A stretch of 64,000 bases of DNA, taken from NCBI GenBank assembly GCA_951406725.2, contig OX597817.1, positions 93,558,001-93,622,000 on the forward strand, in the 5' to 3' direction. Below, one piece after another: positions 1-53,964 of the stretch (positions are counted from its first letter, which is position 1; each line of letters begins with the position of its first letter). Source of the stretch: Octopus vulgaris (lineage: Eukaryota). The notes beneath the pieces were generated by a model. It searched no databases. It saw only the letters and a program-made list of their open reading frames with translations, and was not told the origin of the DNA. The position numbers and the translations under genes are program-made.

Positions 1-1384
1 AATTGAACATCTAACTCTCATTCACTGTGATGTTTACTTTCTGTCTCACTTTTTAAATCTGTTCACTTGCTATAAATCTTAGCAAGAAATTATGAACTAA
101 TATTTCAATGATTTAAAGAAATTTAAAACATTGAAATAAATATAAGATGGAATAAAAAAAGATATTTTTTCACGCAAAATCCTGATTTCTAGAAAACTAA
201 GTTCCCCATCTCTGATAGAAAGACATCCAACTTCAAAAGAACCTGTCTTAACAATTGAAGAAAATGTATAAAGTTGTTCAACCATTCAATTCTAAGCCTG
301 TTCATAAATGTAAATATATTTAACAAAAAAATTGTTCTAAATTGAAGAAAGAAGGGAACTTTGCTAAGTTTTCTGAAAATGTATTTTAGAATAAATATAG
401 TAATATATAAATTGTACTTTGTTTTGTTGTTTTTTACCATTGTAAAATAATAAAATCACAGAGAATTATTAGAGAGAAACTGGTGATAGTTGTAGAAGTG
501 ATGAAAACTTTGTTACATTAAACATTATTTACCAAAGAACAAATGTGATACCAGTATCTCCATTCTATTTCTTGTTATATGATACTTTGCAATTAAAGAC
601 TTCCTGGATTTTTAGTTAGTATAAAACATTTTCTTGAAATGAAGCACTCTTTTTTCTATATGCTCTGTTCTCCAGTATTCATAGGAATGTTGACAAATAG
701 CCACCTGGATTCTTAATTCCCTTTCATTTACCATATAGCTATACTATAATAATACTGTTTATTAATTAGTTTGGAGTATGTCACTGTCTAGAAATTCTTA
801 AAAATTCTAATTTTTTTTATCATCAAAACATGGTTTCCAAGTTTCTTTTAATATTGAAGATTTCAACTCCAGAAATAGGGGTTTTTCTAACTCTGAGATA
901 GCATTCCCTCTTTGTTTTTTCTCTCTCATTCACGCCATGACATTACTGTCTACAGTCATATTAATAAAAACACTTCTCCAAATTACAAGTTTAATTCAGC
1001 ATCAACCAAATTATGTTGATTCCAGTATGAAAAGAAATGCACATACTTCTCACTCTCTAATGACACTGTATGTACAGGCAGAATGAAATGTTTTCCTTGG
1101 AGCTATATTTACTGTATTATATAGCATATGTCAGAGCCTGTAGTCTTCATAGCATCACACCTAGTATATAAAGTTTCAAACCCCTGGAAAATTGTCTCAC
1201 ACCAAAATACTAACTTTTAATTAATGAAATATATGCTAAATTTCATACATTAAATTAGAATTTCTACAATAACTTTGACAATATATTCAATACGCTTGAA
1301 ATATGCATATATAGGAAGCTCTTATAAGTATCATCAAACAAATGAATGGGTATTACATCAAGTAGGTGAAAGATAACAACTCTT

Positions 1385-1615
1385 GAACATAGCTATCTAT
1401 TATGGCCATATTTGAAGGAGCAGAAGTTTGGAAACTATTATGGAAAGAAGAGTAGAGGGTAGTAGATCAAAGAGCAGGCAAAGAATGCCATAGATAGACA
1501 ATATTAAGAGCTGGTCGGACAATAGTGGCAAGGCAGCTAGAGAACTCATGCTTAATTGGGAAAACTTTTATTGTGTCATCAACGCACTGCAGGAGTACAG
1601 TACATGATGACAGTC
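1385..1615 (+). mobile_element. Old RTE-clade LINE 3' remnant
   Basis: Degenerate translation resembling YGHI...LE.IME.RVEG.RS..RQR..WIDNIK, typical of RTE ORF C-termini. Confidence 0.4.
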
Positions 1616-3589
1616 ACTACACATATTAAGAAAACTACTGCACTTAGCATCCCTAAACAGCATGTAATCCGAACACTCGCTATTAGTCTAGTACTGAGGA
1701 TCTCCACTAACAAATATACATCAACATAACAAAAACAGTATCTCAAATTTGGCCTTTCTCTTCAGGGCCAGGAAATATTTCAGACTGTCTTCAGCTATTA
1801 GCCCTCTAAAAAACAAATAGCTATAAACTATAACATCAACTGGAGGATTTTTGAAGGATTATGGCCTTATAAAAAAAGAAGTGGCTTATGCATTGTGAAG
1901 AACAGTCTGATACTAAAAACAATTGCTTCAACAACAAAACAAAGTAACTGGACATGATGTTGTGTCCAGTTATGTTAAATATGTAGGTTTCTGAGGTAGT
2001 GAGTGCATTGAATCAAAGTTTTGGGACATATCCATATCTGCTTGTGTTATCTCCCCAGCCAACAATATTACATAACCTTTACTGAAGAACAGCTTTTATT
2101 TTAACCATGTATGTGGGATACAACTTTTTTAAGTTTATTCTTTTTGTTCACTGATAATCTTTCATTGTTAATCTTTTATTTATAGTTTGGAATAATAACC
2201 TAAGTCCTTTTTCACCACATCATCAAAATAAAGCAGTTGTTTTTTTTCTTAAAGCCACATTTTTGTAGTTGGTCAAATGATGGGAACCATATTGTAAATG
2301 ACCAAAACATGATTGGATTGCAAATTGTTAACTCGAAGTTACTTTCAGCAACCAGTAATTGGTTTTAGTTTTATTACAGAAGTGTTGTATCCTTGTTTTA
2401 ATGTTTGGTTTGTATTTTGATATTAATAAAACTTCTATTGACAATATTCAAATATTTTGTGGAATTCTATATAAATGGTAGGTTTGACATTTTTCCTTCT
2501 GGTTTTGTGTATTGTACTAACTACAGTGGCTCTTACTTGCTCTAACTGCATACACACTTACTTCCCAAGGTCACTCAGTGACACCCATCATTCTCTTACC
2601 TCTAATGATTTCTATGACTCTTCACTACTCGGTCACACACTGTTACCAACATCTATCTGTAACACATATTTTTTGTTTTTTGCTAAATCGTGTAACTGCC
2701 ATCAGTTTCTCTTTTTCATCACTGTCCTATTACTCCTTCCTCTTGTTCCAATCATGTTATTTCTTCTTTATGACCTTATGTCATCTTCTGCAATACACCA
2801 TTTCTTTAGTGTTAAGTGGGAAAGCACTGAGAGGACCTGTTAATCTTGCTGAAAACATGGCAATCTGGAGGCCATGATTAGATGCATCCTGTACACTCTG
2901 AAAAGTGGTCGGAATTGTAATCTTAAAGAAAAAAAAGCACATTAACTCCTACATATACTGTGTTGCCACATAGTATCAGTTTTCATTACCTTGCCTCAGC
3001 ATGCTATTGTAGCAAATTCTGATGTGAACAACCACTTTGTTGGACATATCCTGGAAGCAGGATACTTACACTTAAATCTCCATCAGTTATGCTGATTTTA
3101 TCCAATGTCCTTACCAACAACAATCATGTAGCTGTCACTCTTTATATTACATGACCCTCTCTGTTACATCTCCCCTGCTCTTTCGCTCTAGCTCTCTTCT
3201 ACTACTCTATCTTTCTTCTAGCACACTATTTGTATGAAGGATGATATGAATGCAATGACTGTTACCAACTCTGTCCCAGATGGCTATTCTACTCCATTTT
3301 CACCAACCATGGGTCTATTAGCCAGATGCCAACACATCTTACCCGTTTCTTTACTTATACATCCTATCTGATGCCATGGAGACAGCATCAGTTTGTCACT
3401 GACAAACTTATCCCTATTTTCTATACCAGCCTGAAGGTCTGATGTAGTGTAGAGGACACCATTTGAGTCAACCATTATGATCCAACAAAGCTTATTCTGA
3501 TAATCTGGGCTAGCTCTCTACAAATATCTCTACCATATCAACTCTCTGGCTACCCTGTAGCCTAGTATGCCGGCAACTACTTATAAGCA

Positions 3590-4270
3590 AGAAATTAACA
3601 TAAGCACAAGGCAGGAGGGGTTAGTTAATTACATTTACCCTAATATTTGGCAGGTATTTTATTAACTCCAGAAGAATGAAAGGCAAACTTGACTGTGATA
3701 GGATTTGAACTCAGAATGTCAAAGGCCAGAAGAAATGCTACAATGCTTCAATTACTGCCATTTGCCACCTCAATAATAATAGTTTCAAATTTTGCCTCAA
3801 GGACAGCAATTTTGGGAAAGAGGATGAGTCGATTACAGCAACCCCCAGTGTTCAACTGGTACTTATTTTATCAATCCCTGAAAGGATGAAAGGCAAAGCT
3901 GACCGTGGCAGAATTTGAACTCAAAACGGAACAACAGGTGAAATACTGCTAAACATTTTGTCCAGTGTGCTAATGATTCTGCCAGCTTGCCGCCTTAATA
4001 ATAATAATAGTCCTTTCTACTGAAATTTGTGGGAAGGGGGTCACTTGATTGCATTGACACCAGTGCTTGACTGGACGAAAGGCAAAGTCGGCCTGGGTGG
4101 AATTTGAGCACAGAAGGTAAAATCAGAAGATATGCTGCTAAGCATTTTGAATTACAGGTGCAACTCATTTTTACCAGCTGAGTGGACTGGAGCAATGTGA
4201 AATAAAGTGTCAATGCACCACCAGTTTTTGAACTCATGACCTTAAGATTGTGAGCCAAATACTCTAATCA
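3590..4270 (-). mobile_element. Cluster of tRNA-derived SINE copies (AAT-tailed family); further copies near 4760-4900, 27870-28200, 28575-28785 and 59060-59620
   Basis: Recurring blocks (gatgaaaggcaaag..gac..ggcggaatttgaactcagaac..taagcattt...tgccagct.gccgcctt). The minus strand carries A-box and GAGTTCAAAT B-box-like motifs. Confidence 0.75.
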
Positions 4271-4733
4271 CTAAAACACACATCTTCACAAGATCTTTAT
4301 ATTCAAACAAAAACAAATAAAAATAAAAAATAAAACCAACAAGTCTCTTGATTACGAGATTTCTTATTTTTAAAAAAAATTTTATTTTTTCCTCTTTATG
4401 TCCCCACCCCATCAATTCCAATCCCCCACTATTGTTTTTGTTATACATTTTTTTGTTGTTATGTTTTTCTTGGATCAATTTTGTACAATTTCATACTCCT
4501 CACTTCCATTTTGTATTTGATTTTCTTATTTTTTTTTCAACCAAACCTTTCCCTCAATTTTTTCTATTTAAAATCTTTCATCAACCACATTTTTCCCTCT
4601 TCGTTCACCCTCTTGTCCCCGTCATCTATACCATACATTCATTATTCCGGCTAAAAAAAATGTTTTTTTTTTCAATTTTTTTCTTCACTTTTTGTTATTT
4701 TTTAAGCAGATAAAATTATTTGTTTACAAAAAA

Positions 4734-4765
<32 letters not shown>

Positions 4766-5284
4766 TTCTAATGTAGGCACAAGGCCACAAATTTGGGGGA
4801 GGGGTTATGAGGTGTTAGTCAATTAAAATGCCCCCAGTATTGACAGGTACTTTATTTTACCAACCCCAGAAGGATGAAAGGTGAAGTTTATCTTAGTGAG
4901 ATAATAATAGTATAATAGTAATAATAATAACAATAAAAATAACAATAATAATCTTTACATTTGTCAGTTTTTTGTTTTTTTCATTTAGTTTTGTTGTTCA
5001 TATAATTGTTGTAGTTATTTCTGTAATTGTTATGCATGTGTATATGTCTGTGTATGTATGTGTTTTTTTGTACCAATGAGAAATGAGCGTGTGATCAATG
5101 AATATGTATGTATATATCTTTTACAAGTGTGTGTATGTGTGCATGCGTGCAACATGCATGTGTAAGAAATGTGTGTGTATATATGAGTTCCTTGTGCATG
5201 AATGTGTGTGTCAAATTTTATGATGGAAAAATTATATATGTATGTAGACATACATATATACACACACTTACACACATATCTCTA

Positions 5285-5322
<38 letters not shown>

Positions 5323-5528
5323 GATATATATATATAAACAACAAAACAGCAGTAATCAGATGTAATAGTAGTAGTAGTTGTAATAGTTATAAGAGTAGTA
5401 GTAGTTAGGCTCAACACTAGGCTTCCATGGCCCCAACGGAAGGATTAAGGAACTCCCCCCAAAATACATATAAAGCCTTGGAAGTTGATGTTTGGTGGAG
5501 GGGGTGTTGGTGGTGTTCCTTTGCCGCC

Positions 5529-45817
<40,289 letters not shown>

Positions 45818-46678
45818 CTGTGGGAAGAAATAGAAAGAAAGAACAGTTCTTTTAATGGTTTAGTGAGAGGAAGAACAGCAGCTCCTATGATTCTCTTCAA
45901 AATCTTTAAGTTTGGTGTGTGACAATTATCCTCAAACCAGAGATCTGGAAAATATGCTTCCAAAAAATGGACTTCACTAGCGGTACACAAAAGCCAGGTG
46001 GTGGTACGAAAACTAGGAACTCATTAAGTCTACCAGTTGAGAAAAGGAACAAACATTTTGATGGATATCCACAAAGATTCTATCTACCAGATTCCACTCT
46101 CCTGAAATCTGGGAATACTGTGCAATATACTGCACCTTGTATTGAGTAAATAGACCATGTTTTTAAAGCTTGTTAATTTGAATACAGTGTGTTAAAAACA
46201 GTTTTGTTCTTCACTTTATTCAAGTCAATTAATAAAGATTAAACACACTGCTTTATAAGTGTATTAATATTTACGAGAATCTCTTAAAAAAAAAATCATG
46301 TTCTTTACTTTTTTTTCTTCAACTTTCTTCCTATAAACATGTATAATATATAATTGGTACAGTATGATATATTTTTAGAATTTTAAGTGAATTATTAGAT
46401 ATCAAACACATCCTGTTTAAGATGTGTATTACATTGAATCTCTTAAACACAATTTAGCTCTTTACTTTTCTTAGTTTATTTTATATTTTAAGTATATACC
46501 AAGACTACTTCCAGAAAACAAGAAACTCAAGAAATCCAGGACACTCCTGGTCCCAAACTTGCCAGGTAATTGTTCTAGGATTGTATGTGTTTGTCTGTGT
46601 GTATCCACATGTATACACATATACATGTGCACTGACAGACACATATATATATATATATAATATATATATATATAATAT

Positions 46679-46711
<33 letters not shown>

Positions 46712-46722
46712 GATATATATAT

Positions 46723-46886
46723 AGAACGTAACAGTAGGGGGTACACCACCGTTGTATAGCCCTAGGAGGCATCGAACGCCTCCTGACAGCTTCGACACAA
46801 GAAAAAAAAATGTGTCGAAGCTGTGAGGAGCGTTCGATGCCTCCTAGGGCTATACAACGGTGGTGTACCCCCTGCTGTCACATTCT
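46723..46886. repeat. GC-rich palindrome (about 75-bp arms, A-rich loop 46800-46810) between (TA)n tracts
   Basis: gggggtacaccaccgttgtatagccctaggaggcatcgaacgc... is the reverse complement of ...gcgttcgatgcctcctagggctatacaacggtggtgtaccccc. Confidence 0.93.
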
Positions 46887-46966
46887 TGTTAGATTGACAG
46901 TATACAACCATTCTATCGCCCCACCACCGTACAGGTCTCTACGAGAGATTTAGAAATTCAATATTT

Positions 46967-47009
<43 letters not shown>

Positions 47010-47246
47010 CAAAATGTGACCACGTGTGTACTGTTGGCGATTTTTTCCCCCCTCCGTTTTACCTTCTCTGGATCTTTCCTTTTCCTATGATTCTGACGAA
47101 GAGCTCTGCTTGAATCGTAAAACCATCCTTCTTCCCTTCCTTCCTGAGCGTCCAATAATACTATATTTATTCTAAGTCCTCATGTTGTTGTGTTTTCATG
47201 TTTGGATTAACTTAATATATATATATATATGAATATATATATATAT

Positions 47247-49515
47247 ATTACGGAGGAATTCAAGAGAGGTTGTCCCTGGGAGCTCCTCTACGCTGACGAC
47301 CTTGCTCTTATTGCTGAGTCACTATCAGAGCTGGAGGAGAAGTTCCAGGTGTGGAAGGAGGGTTTAGAATCGAGGGGCCTTAGAGTCAACCTAGCTAAAA
47401 CCAAAGTACTAATAAGTAGGAAGGTAGACAATCCACAAATGTCTTCAGGAAGATGGCCCTGCTCGATCTGTAGAAAAGGTGTAGGTAGAAACTCTATAAG
47501 ATGTACCCAGTGTAAGCTATGGACACATAAGAGGTGCAGCAATGTCAAAGGTAGGCTAACTGGGAAGATAGTTTTTGTATGTGGCAAATGCTCTGGAGCA
47601 TTAACCTCCGAAAATCTGCAGAAAATAACTTCCGTCACTTTCCAGGGGGAAAAACTAGAAGTAGTTGATAGCTTCCGTTATCTAAGTGACCAAGTCAGTA
47701 GTGGGGGTGGGTGCGCTGAAAGTGTAACTGCTAGAATAAGAATAGCCTGGGTAAAGTTTAGGGAGCTCTTACCTCTGCTGGTGACTAAAGGCCTCTCGCT
47801 CAGAGTAAAAGGCAGACTGTATGATGCGTGTGTACGAACAGCCATGCTACATGGCAGTGAAACATGGGCCGTGACTGCCGAGGACATGCGTAAGCTCGTG
47901 AGGAATGAAGCCAGTATGCTCCGATGGATGTGTAATGTCAGTGTACATACTCGACAGAGCGTTAGCACCTTGAGAGAAATGTTGTACCTAAGAGGCATCA
48001 GTTGTGGTGTGCAAGAGAGACGATTGCGCTGGTATGGTCATGTGGCGAGAATGGATGAAGATAGGTGTGTGAGAAAGTGCCAATCCTTAGCAGTTGAGGG
48101 AACCCGTGGAAAAGGTAGACCCAGGAAAACCTGGGACGAGGTGGTGAAGCACGACCTTCGAACTTTAGGCCTCACTGAGGAAATGACCAGCGACCGAGAC
48201 CGTTGGAAATATTCTGTACGTGAGAAGACCAGGCAGGACAAGTGAGCCCAGCCCACTTATGAATGCCTTTCCTCCCTTGGACACAAAGACCTGTTGAGGC
48301 AAGCGAAGTCGATATAGAACCTCATCCGACGACAGGCACCCATGCCAACCCCCTTTGCTTGCGAAGACGTGTTGGGGCAAAGCGAAATCGAAAAATCGAA
48401 TTGAACCAGCCAGGATCCCTAGTCTGGTGGTACGTGAAAGCACTATCCGACTCGTGGCCGATGCCAGCGCCGCCTCCACTGGCTTCCGTGCCGGTGGCAC
48501 GTAAAATACACCAATCTGACCGTACGACAGGCACCCATGCCAACACCCTTCCTTGCGAAGACATGTTGGGGCAAGCGAAATCGAATTGAACCAGCCAGGA
48601 TCCCTGGTCTGGTGGTACGTAAAAAGCACTATCCGACTCGTGGCCGATGCCAGCGCCGCCTCCACTGGCTTCCGTGCCGGTGGCACGTAAAATACACACC
48701 ATTCTGACCGTACAACAGGCACCCATGCCAACCCCCTTGCTTGCGAAGACATGTTGGGGCAAGCGAAATCGAATTGAACAAGCCAGGATCCCTGGTCTGG
48801 TGGTACGTAAAAAGCACTATCCGACTCGTGGCCGATGCCAGCGCCGCCTCCACTGGCTTCCTTGCCGGTGGCCGTAAAATACACCAATCTGACCGTACGA
48901 CAGGCACCCATGCCAACCCCCTTGCTTGCGAAGACATGTTGGGGCAAGCGAAAACGAAATCGAAATCGAATTGAACCGGCCAGGATCCCTGGTCTGGCGG
49001 TACGTAAAGCACTATCCGACTCGTGGCTGATGCCAGCGCCGCCTCCACTGGCTTCCGTGCCGGTGGCACGTAAATACACCAATCTGACCGTACGACAGGC
49101 ACCCATGCCAACCCCCTTGCTTGCGATAGACATGCTGGGGCAAGCGAAATCGAAATCGAATTGAACCAGCCAGGATCCCTGGTCTGGTGGTACGTAAAAA
49201 GCACTATCCGACTCGTGACCGATGCCAGCACCCCTCGTTTGGCTTCTGTGCAGGTGTCACATAAAATACACCAATCCGACCGTGGCCGTTGCCAGCCTCG
49301 CCTGGCACCTGTGCAGGTGGCACGTAAAAAGCACCCACTACACTCACGGAGTGGTTGGCGTTAGGAAGGGCATCCAGCTGTAGAAACACTGCCAGATAAG
49401 ACTGGAGCCTGGTGCAGCCTTCTGGCTTTTCCAGATCCCCGGTCGAACCGTCCAACCCATGCTAGCATGGAGAACGGACGTTAAACGATGATGATGATGA
49501 TGATGATGATGATGA
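47247..49515 (+). mobile_element. RTE-clade LINE, 5'-truncated, open RT C-terminal half, 3' UTR with about 5 tandem units of about 190 bp, (GAT)n tail
   Basis: ORF 47229-48245 from ITEEFK onward matches the other RTE copies. Repeats at 48330-49260. Confidence 0.95.
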
Positions 49516-49741
49516 TATATATATATATATATATATATACTCTTTTACTCTTTTATTTGTGTCATTCATTTGACTGTGGCCATGCTGGAGCACCGCCTTT
49601 GGTCGAGCAAATCGACTCCAGGACTTATTCTTTGTAAGCCTAGTACTTATTCTATCGGTCTCTTTTGCTGAACCGCTAAGTTACGGGGATGTAGAAACAC
49701 CATCATCGGTTGTCAAGTGATGTTGGGGGGACAAACACAGA

Positions 49742-49841
49742 NNNNNNNNNNNNNNNNNNNNNNNNNNNNNNNNNNNNNNNNNNNNNNNNNNNNNNNNNNN
49801 NNNNNNNNNNNNNNNNNNNNNNNNNNNNNNNNNNNNNNNNN
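49742..49841. other. Assembly gap (100 N)
   Basis: Run of N; true size unknown. Confidence 1.
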
Positions 49842-49925
49842 AATGCTATGTATGATTGTTCCTCGTTTACAAGAAAGTCTGGTGAGTGATTGTGTATCCA
49901 AAGTTGTATTTGAAATTACGTTTAC

Positions 49926-50007
49926 CTAGCCATCCGAAAATAACTAGCAAAACGAATTTGATACCCAACAGACGGCTCCTACCAAACGTAAGCTCACTAA
50001 CATAATC
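49926..50007 (-). CDS. Candidate signal-peptide exon (...GRSRLLGIKFVLLVIFGWL), start codon unresolved
   Basis: Basic then hydrophobic stretch ending in a phase-1 donor CTAG|GTAAAC that fits the Tg1 exon. No in-frame ATG between it and an upstream TAA at 50008-50010. Confidence 0.35.
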
Positions 50008-50344
50008 TTACTACACGGTCCTGGATATGTGTTGGGGTAGGATACAGGATGGATCTCCCAGAACATAACGACTATCAGAGGCACCATTGTATTGTTGGTA
50101 GAAATTTCTCGTAGTAGATAACAGCATTTATTATACTCAACAGACATAAACAGGGGCGGTGTTAATGACCACAGCTTTCTTTCATACTCGTTGCCGAAAT
50201 GACCCAGATGCCAACACGTCTAAATATATAAAGATATCACTGTATAAACTTGTTTCACTTCAATGTATATACATATGTGTATATGTACATTACATGCATG
50301 TATGCGCATAAATATAAATGTGTGTGTGTGTGTACATTACATGC

Positions 50345-50380
<36 letters not shown>

Positions 50381-51399
50381 ACATTGCATGCATATATGTG
50401 TTTGTGTGTGTAATGTACACACACACATATATATGTACAGGCAGATATATCGACAGATTGGTTGCTTTATCCCCACAACCATTAGCATCGCGACACCGAA
50501 ATTCATTGACAGACATCAAAGAATCAAGAAAAGAGAGAACGGTAAATAAAGGAGATTACTAACCACCACCACCACCACCACCACCATCACCATCGCGGCA
50601 TCATTACTCTTTGGAGAAGAGCCATCTTTACCCCCAACACACGCACAAATCAATAGTTACTTTCTCATTCACTGATCTGGAAAGATCAATGGGAAATATT
50701 CTTCGAAACAGGGAACTTAACATGCTGTATAAGCTAATTGAAAGCACATACTAGTTGCATCATCATGATAATCCCCACCACCACCATCATCATCCCTATG
50801 TTTACAAGGCAGTGAGTGCAATCCCCATCCCCACCACCACAGTAGTAGCAGCAGCAGATTAAATGTGTTCCACTATTTAGTTATATTGCCATGATTACGT
50901 TCTGAGTTCAAAACTGGGGTGGGATCAACTTCCTCTTTACTCCATCTGGTGGTGGCGGAGGCGGTGATGGTATGTGCGTGCGTGTGCGTGGAGGAAAGGG
51001 GTGGTGATAATATAATACCAGTAATGTACTGAGGACCAAAACCATAGCTTCTTTCGTCTTTCTCCGATTTCTGAAGAAATCATTATACAGGAAAGGATTC
51101 TTTCAAATAGGGAAGTATGTAGAAGGATGGGTATATAAAGGAAGAATGAAAAAAAAAAAGATGCAGGCATATTTAACGAAATACACACACGCACAATACA
51201 CTATATATTTATCATACATACAATATTATTACACACAACACATAAATACACATACTCTGTATCTACATATTTTCACTGTGTATGTGTGTGTATGCATGTG
51301 TATATACGAGTACACGCACATAGATGTATAAACATACAAATACACACACCTATGCAGTCATATAATACAAAATCAGTAGTTACACATAGTATAAATCAG

Positions 51400-53830
51400 T
51401 AGTTGGCAACGTATTGGACCCAGTCAGGTGTCGACCCTGAGTTCTTAAACAAAATTAGGGAATCAATCGACCTTCGATTGATTTCTTACTGATTTTTAGA
51501 TCGATATTTTGTTAATTAGTAATTACAATAATTAAAAGCAATAATCTAAACACATCTGCTATTACCATTTTCCGTAAATTCAACTTGTAATATTCACATA
51601 ATTTGCCGTTTCATTTAACCACTATTCCAATATTCCGACGTGTGCAAGATCATTCTAGAACATTCTGGTTTTATATCGCTAACTTGATGAAAGTCACTTG
51701 GAATCAAAACAGTCTGTCTCAGAAAACTGTCAGTTCAGATATAATAATGCCATTTAACTCAAAATTTCTTAAGTTTTTATATAGTTTTATCAAAACTATT
51801 GTACTTATAAATTTATAAACAGAAAGACAATTCTTTTAATAAGTAACCATTTTACAATATTATTGCTGTTATTTTCGAAAACAATTTACTGTTTTTAACA
51901 TGTAGCACACGAGAATATATAATGAATTATGTTGTTAATTCCTTTGTAACTACACAGTACTCACCAATAAAATAAACCACTTTTGATATTCTTGTAAGAA
52001 TAGAGAACATTCTAAATTAGCCTCAAACAGCATATTGTCAACAACATAGCTGTTGAAGTAAACTTTGGTATAGCAATTTTCATAAAGAAATGCTTTGTTT
52101 TTATTAGGCAAAAGTAAAATAACTATAATGATTACTGAATGCTTTTTCTTTCTTATAGTGCTTTTTTTTGTTTTGTTTTTTTTCTAGCAACAACGCGCGG
52201 GAAGAGCGATACTGGATACCGAGTTTTGCAAGACACGTCAGTAAACCAGGCAATCACATCAAGAGGCACTTTGGGATAGATAAATCCTCCGAAATTCCAT
52301 GAATTTAGGAGGATGTGGAGGATGAATTTATTTTTTCCTAGAAAATCAAAGATCGGTGTTCCAAAACCAAAACAAAGACCAGTAAAAATACAAAAGTCAT
52401 GACCAGCTACACGAGGTCAAAGAAGTTGATAACAGAAAACGTAATTTTTCACAGAAGGGGATTTCGTGAAAAAGTATTCAATGGTTACTGAAGACACGAG
52501 GAAAAGCTTAATTTTCAAGAGTACAGCAAAAATATCCAGTTCTTCTCAATAGCGCTTGATGGGAGTAAAGTATCACAGACACAGATTAGCTTGCAGTGCT
52601 TTTGTGTGGAGTAAATACAACTTTTAACATTGTTATGGAGTTTGTTCAGCTACTACCTATTAGAGTACTACTACCGTACGAACAGTCATTCGTAAAGTAT
52701 TGCTCCAGTGTGCTACAGACGTGAATATGGATCTATCAAAACTTGTATCCATAATAACCGATAGAGCACCGACAATCACTAAACAAAATAGCGTCATTGC
52801 TCTGCTTCACAGACACGTAGAATTAAATACATCAGCAACATGCATTGCATAATCCACCAAGAAACATTGTGTGGAGAGATGTAGAATTTTATGGATGTGA
52901 TGTTTCGGATGGTAAAGCATTTATAAACGTGATTGAGCCACAGTAGATTTCGGTAACTTTTGTCGAAATGAGATAAGAAAATAGAGACTTGTTTTAATTT
53001 TGCGACTTTCACTGGCTCAGTTCAAGTACCATGCTAGAGAGATTTATATATACTGTGGGAGGATAAAAATATGAATGCCACAGAATCTCGCAATCCTAAA
53101 TGGCTTTCCAAACGGCCAATTCTAATGGATTTAGCATTACATTTAAACAACTTGAAGCTGCTATTTCAGGGTAAAAAGCAGCTCATACAAGACATGTGGA
53201 GATGCATTAGACGCCTTCAAAACAAAACTATAATGATGGTAATATCAACCGCAGAAATCAAACTACAATCATACTTTTCACACGGGAGAACAAATCTACA
53301 GGCAGCAACATATTTGTGGCTGATATATATGACTTAAGAACGGACTTTTCTTTTCGTATTACCGAGATTTGTTCACACAGGCAACTCAAACTATTTAGTA
53401 TTCAGTTCGATGTGGAAATAGATACCGTACTAGATAAATTGTAAGATATATTGTAATGATCTGTCAAAAAAGCAAAACTTCATGCAGATGATGTATCTCC
53501 ACTTAAGTTCTACAAGAAATATCTTTTGGGACCCGGGTTTTCTCTCAACTAGACAGATATGCCGGGGGGGGGGGGGGCATCCGCCACACTTGTACTGTCA
53601 GTAACATTTTCAAAAGTGAAATGCACGGTTTCATCCAGCCTGTCATCAGCAAATATCACGCTAATTGTTGGGTCGATGACAGCATAAATGTCAAATTAAT
53701 CCATGGTTCCATCTTTTATTATTATTACCTTGTTAGTTATATATTAGTTCAGTAGATGAATGTGATCCACCATCATTGCCTCACAGGCATCTGGTCCATA
53801 AACAGAAAAATGGTCGCTGAACCCCTGCTC
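51400..53830 (+). mobile_element. Degenerate hAT (Charlie / GTF2IRD2-like) transposon
   Basis: Fragmentary FTEGDFVK, FSIALD.S, ITD.AP, HCIIHQETLC and WLS...LERF motifs at 52440-53320. CAGGGGT-type right end near 53825. Outer limits uncertain. Confidence 0.7.
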
Positions 53831-53843
53831 TACTTTGGACATA

Positions 53844-53897
<54 letters not shown>

Positions 53898-53964
53898 TAT
53901 AGGTATAGTAGTGGTGTATGCTAGTTACAGTCACAAGGTGTACTGCTTTGCAGAACCTTACGCA

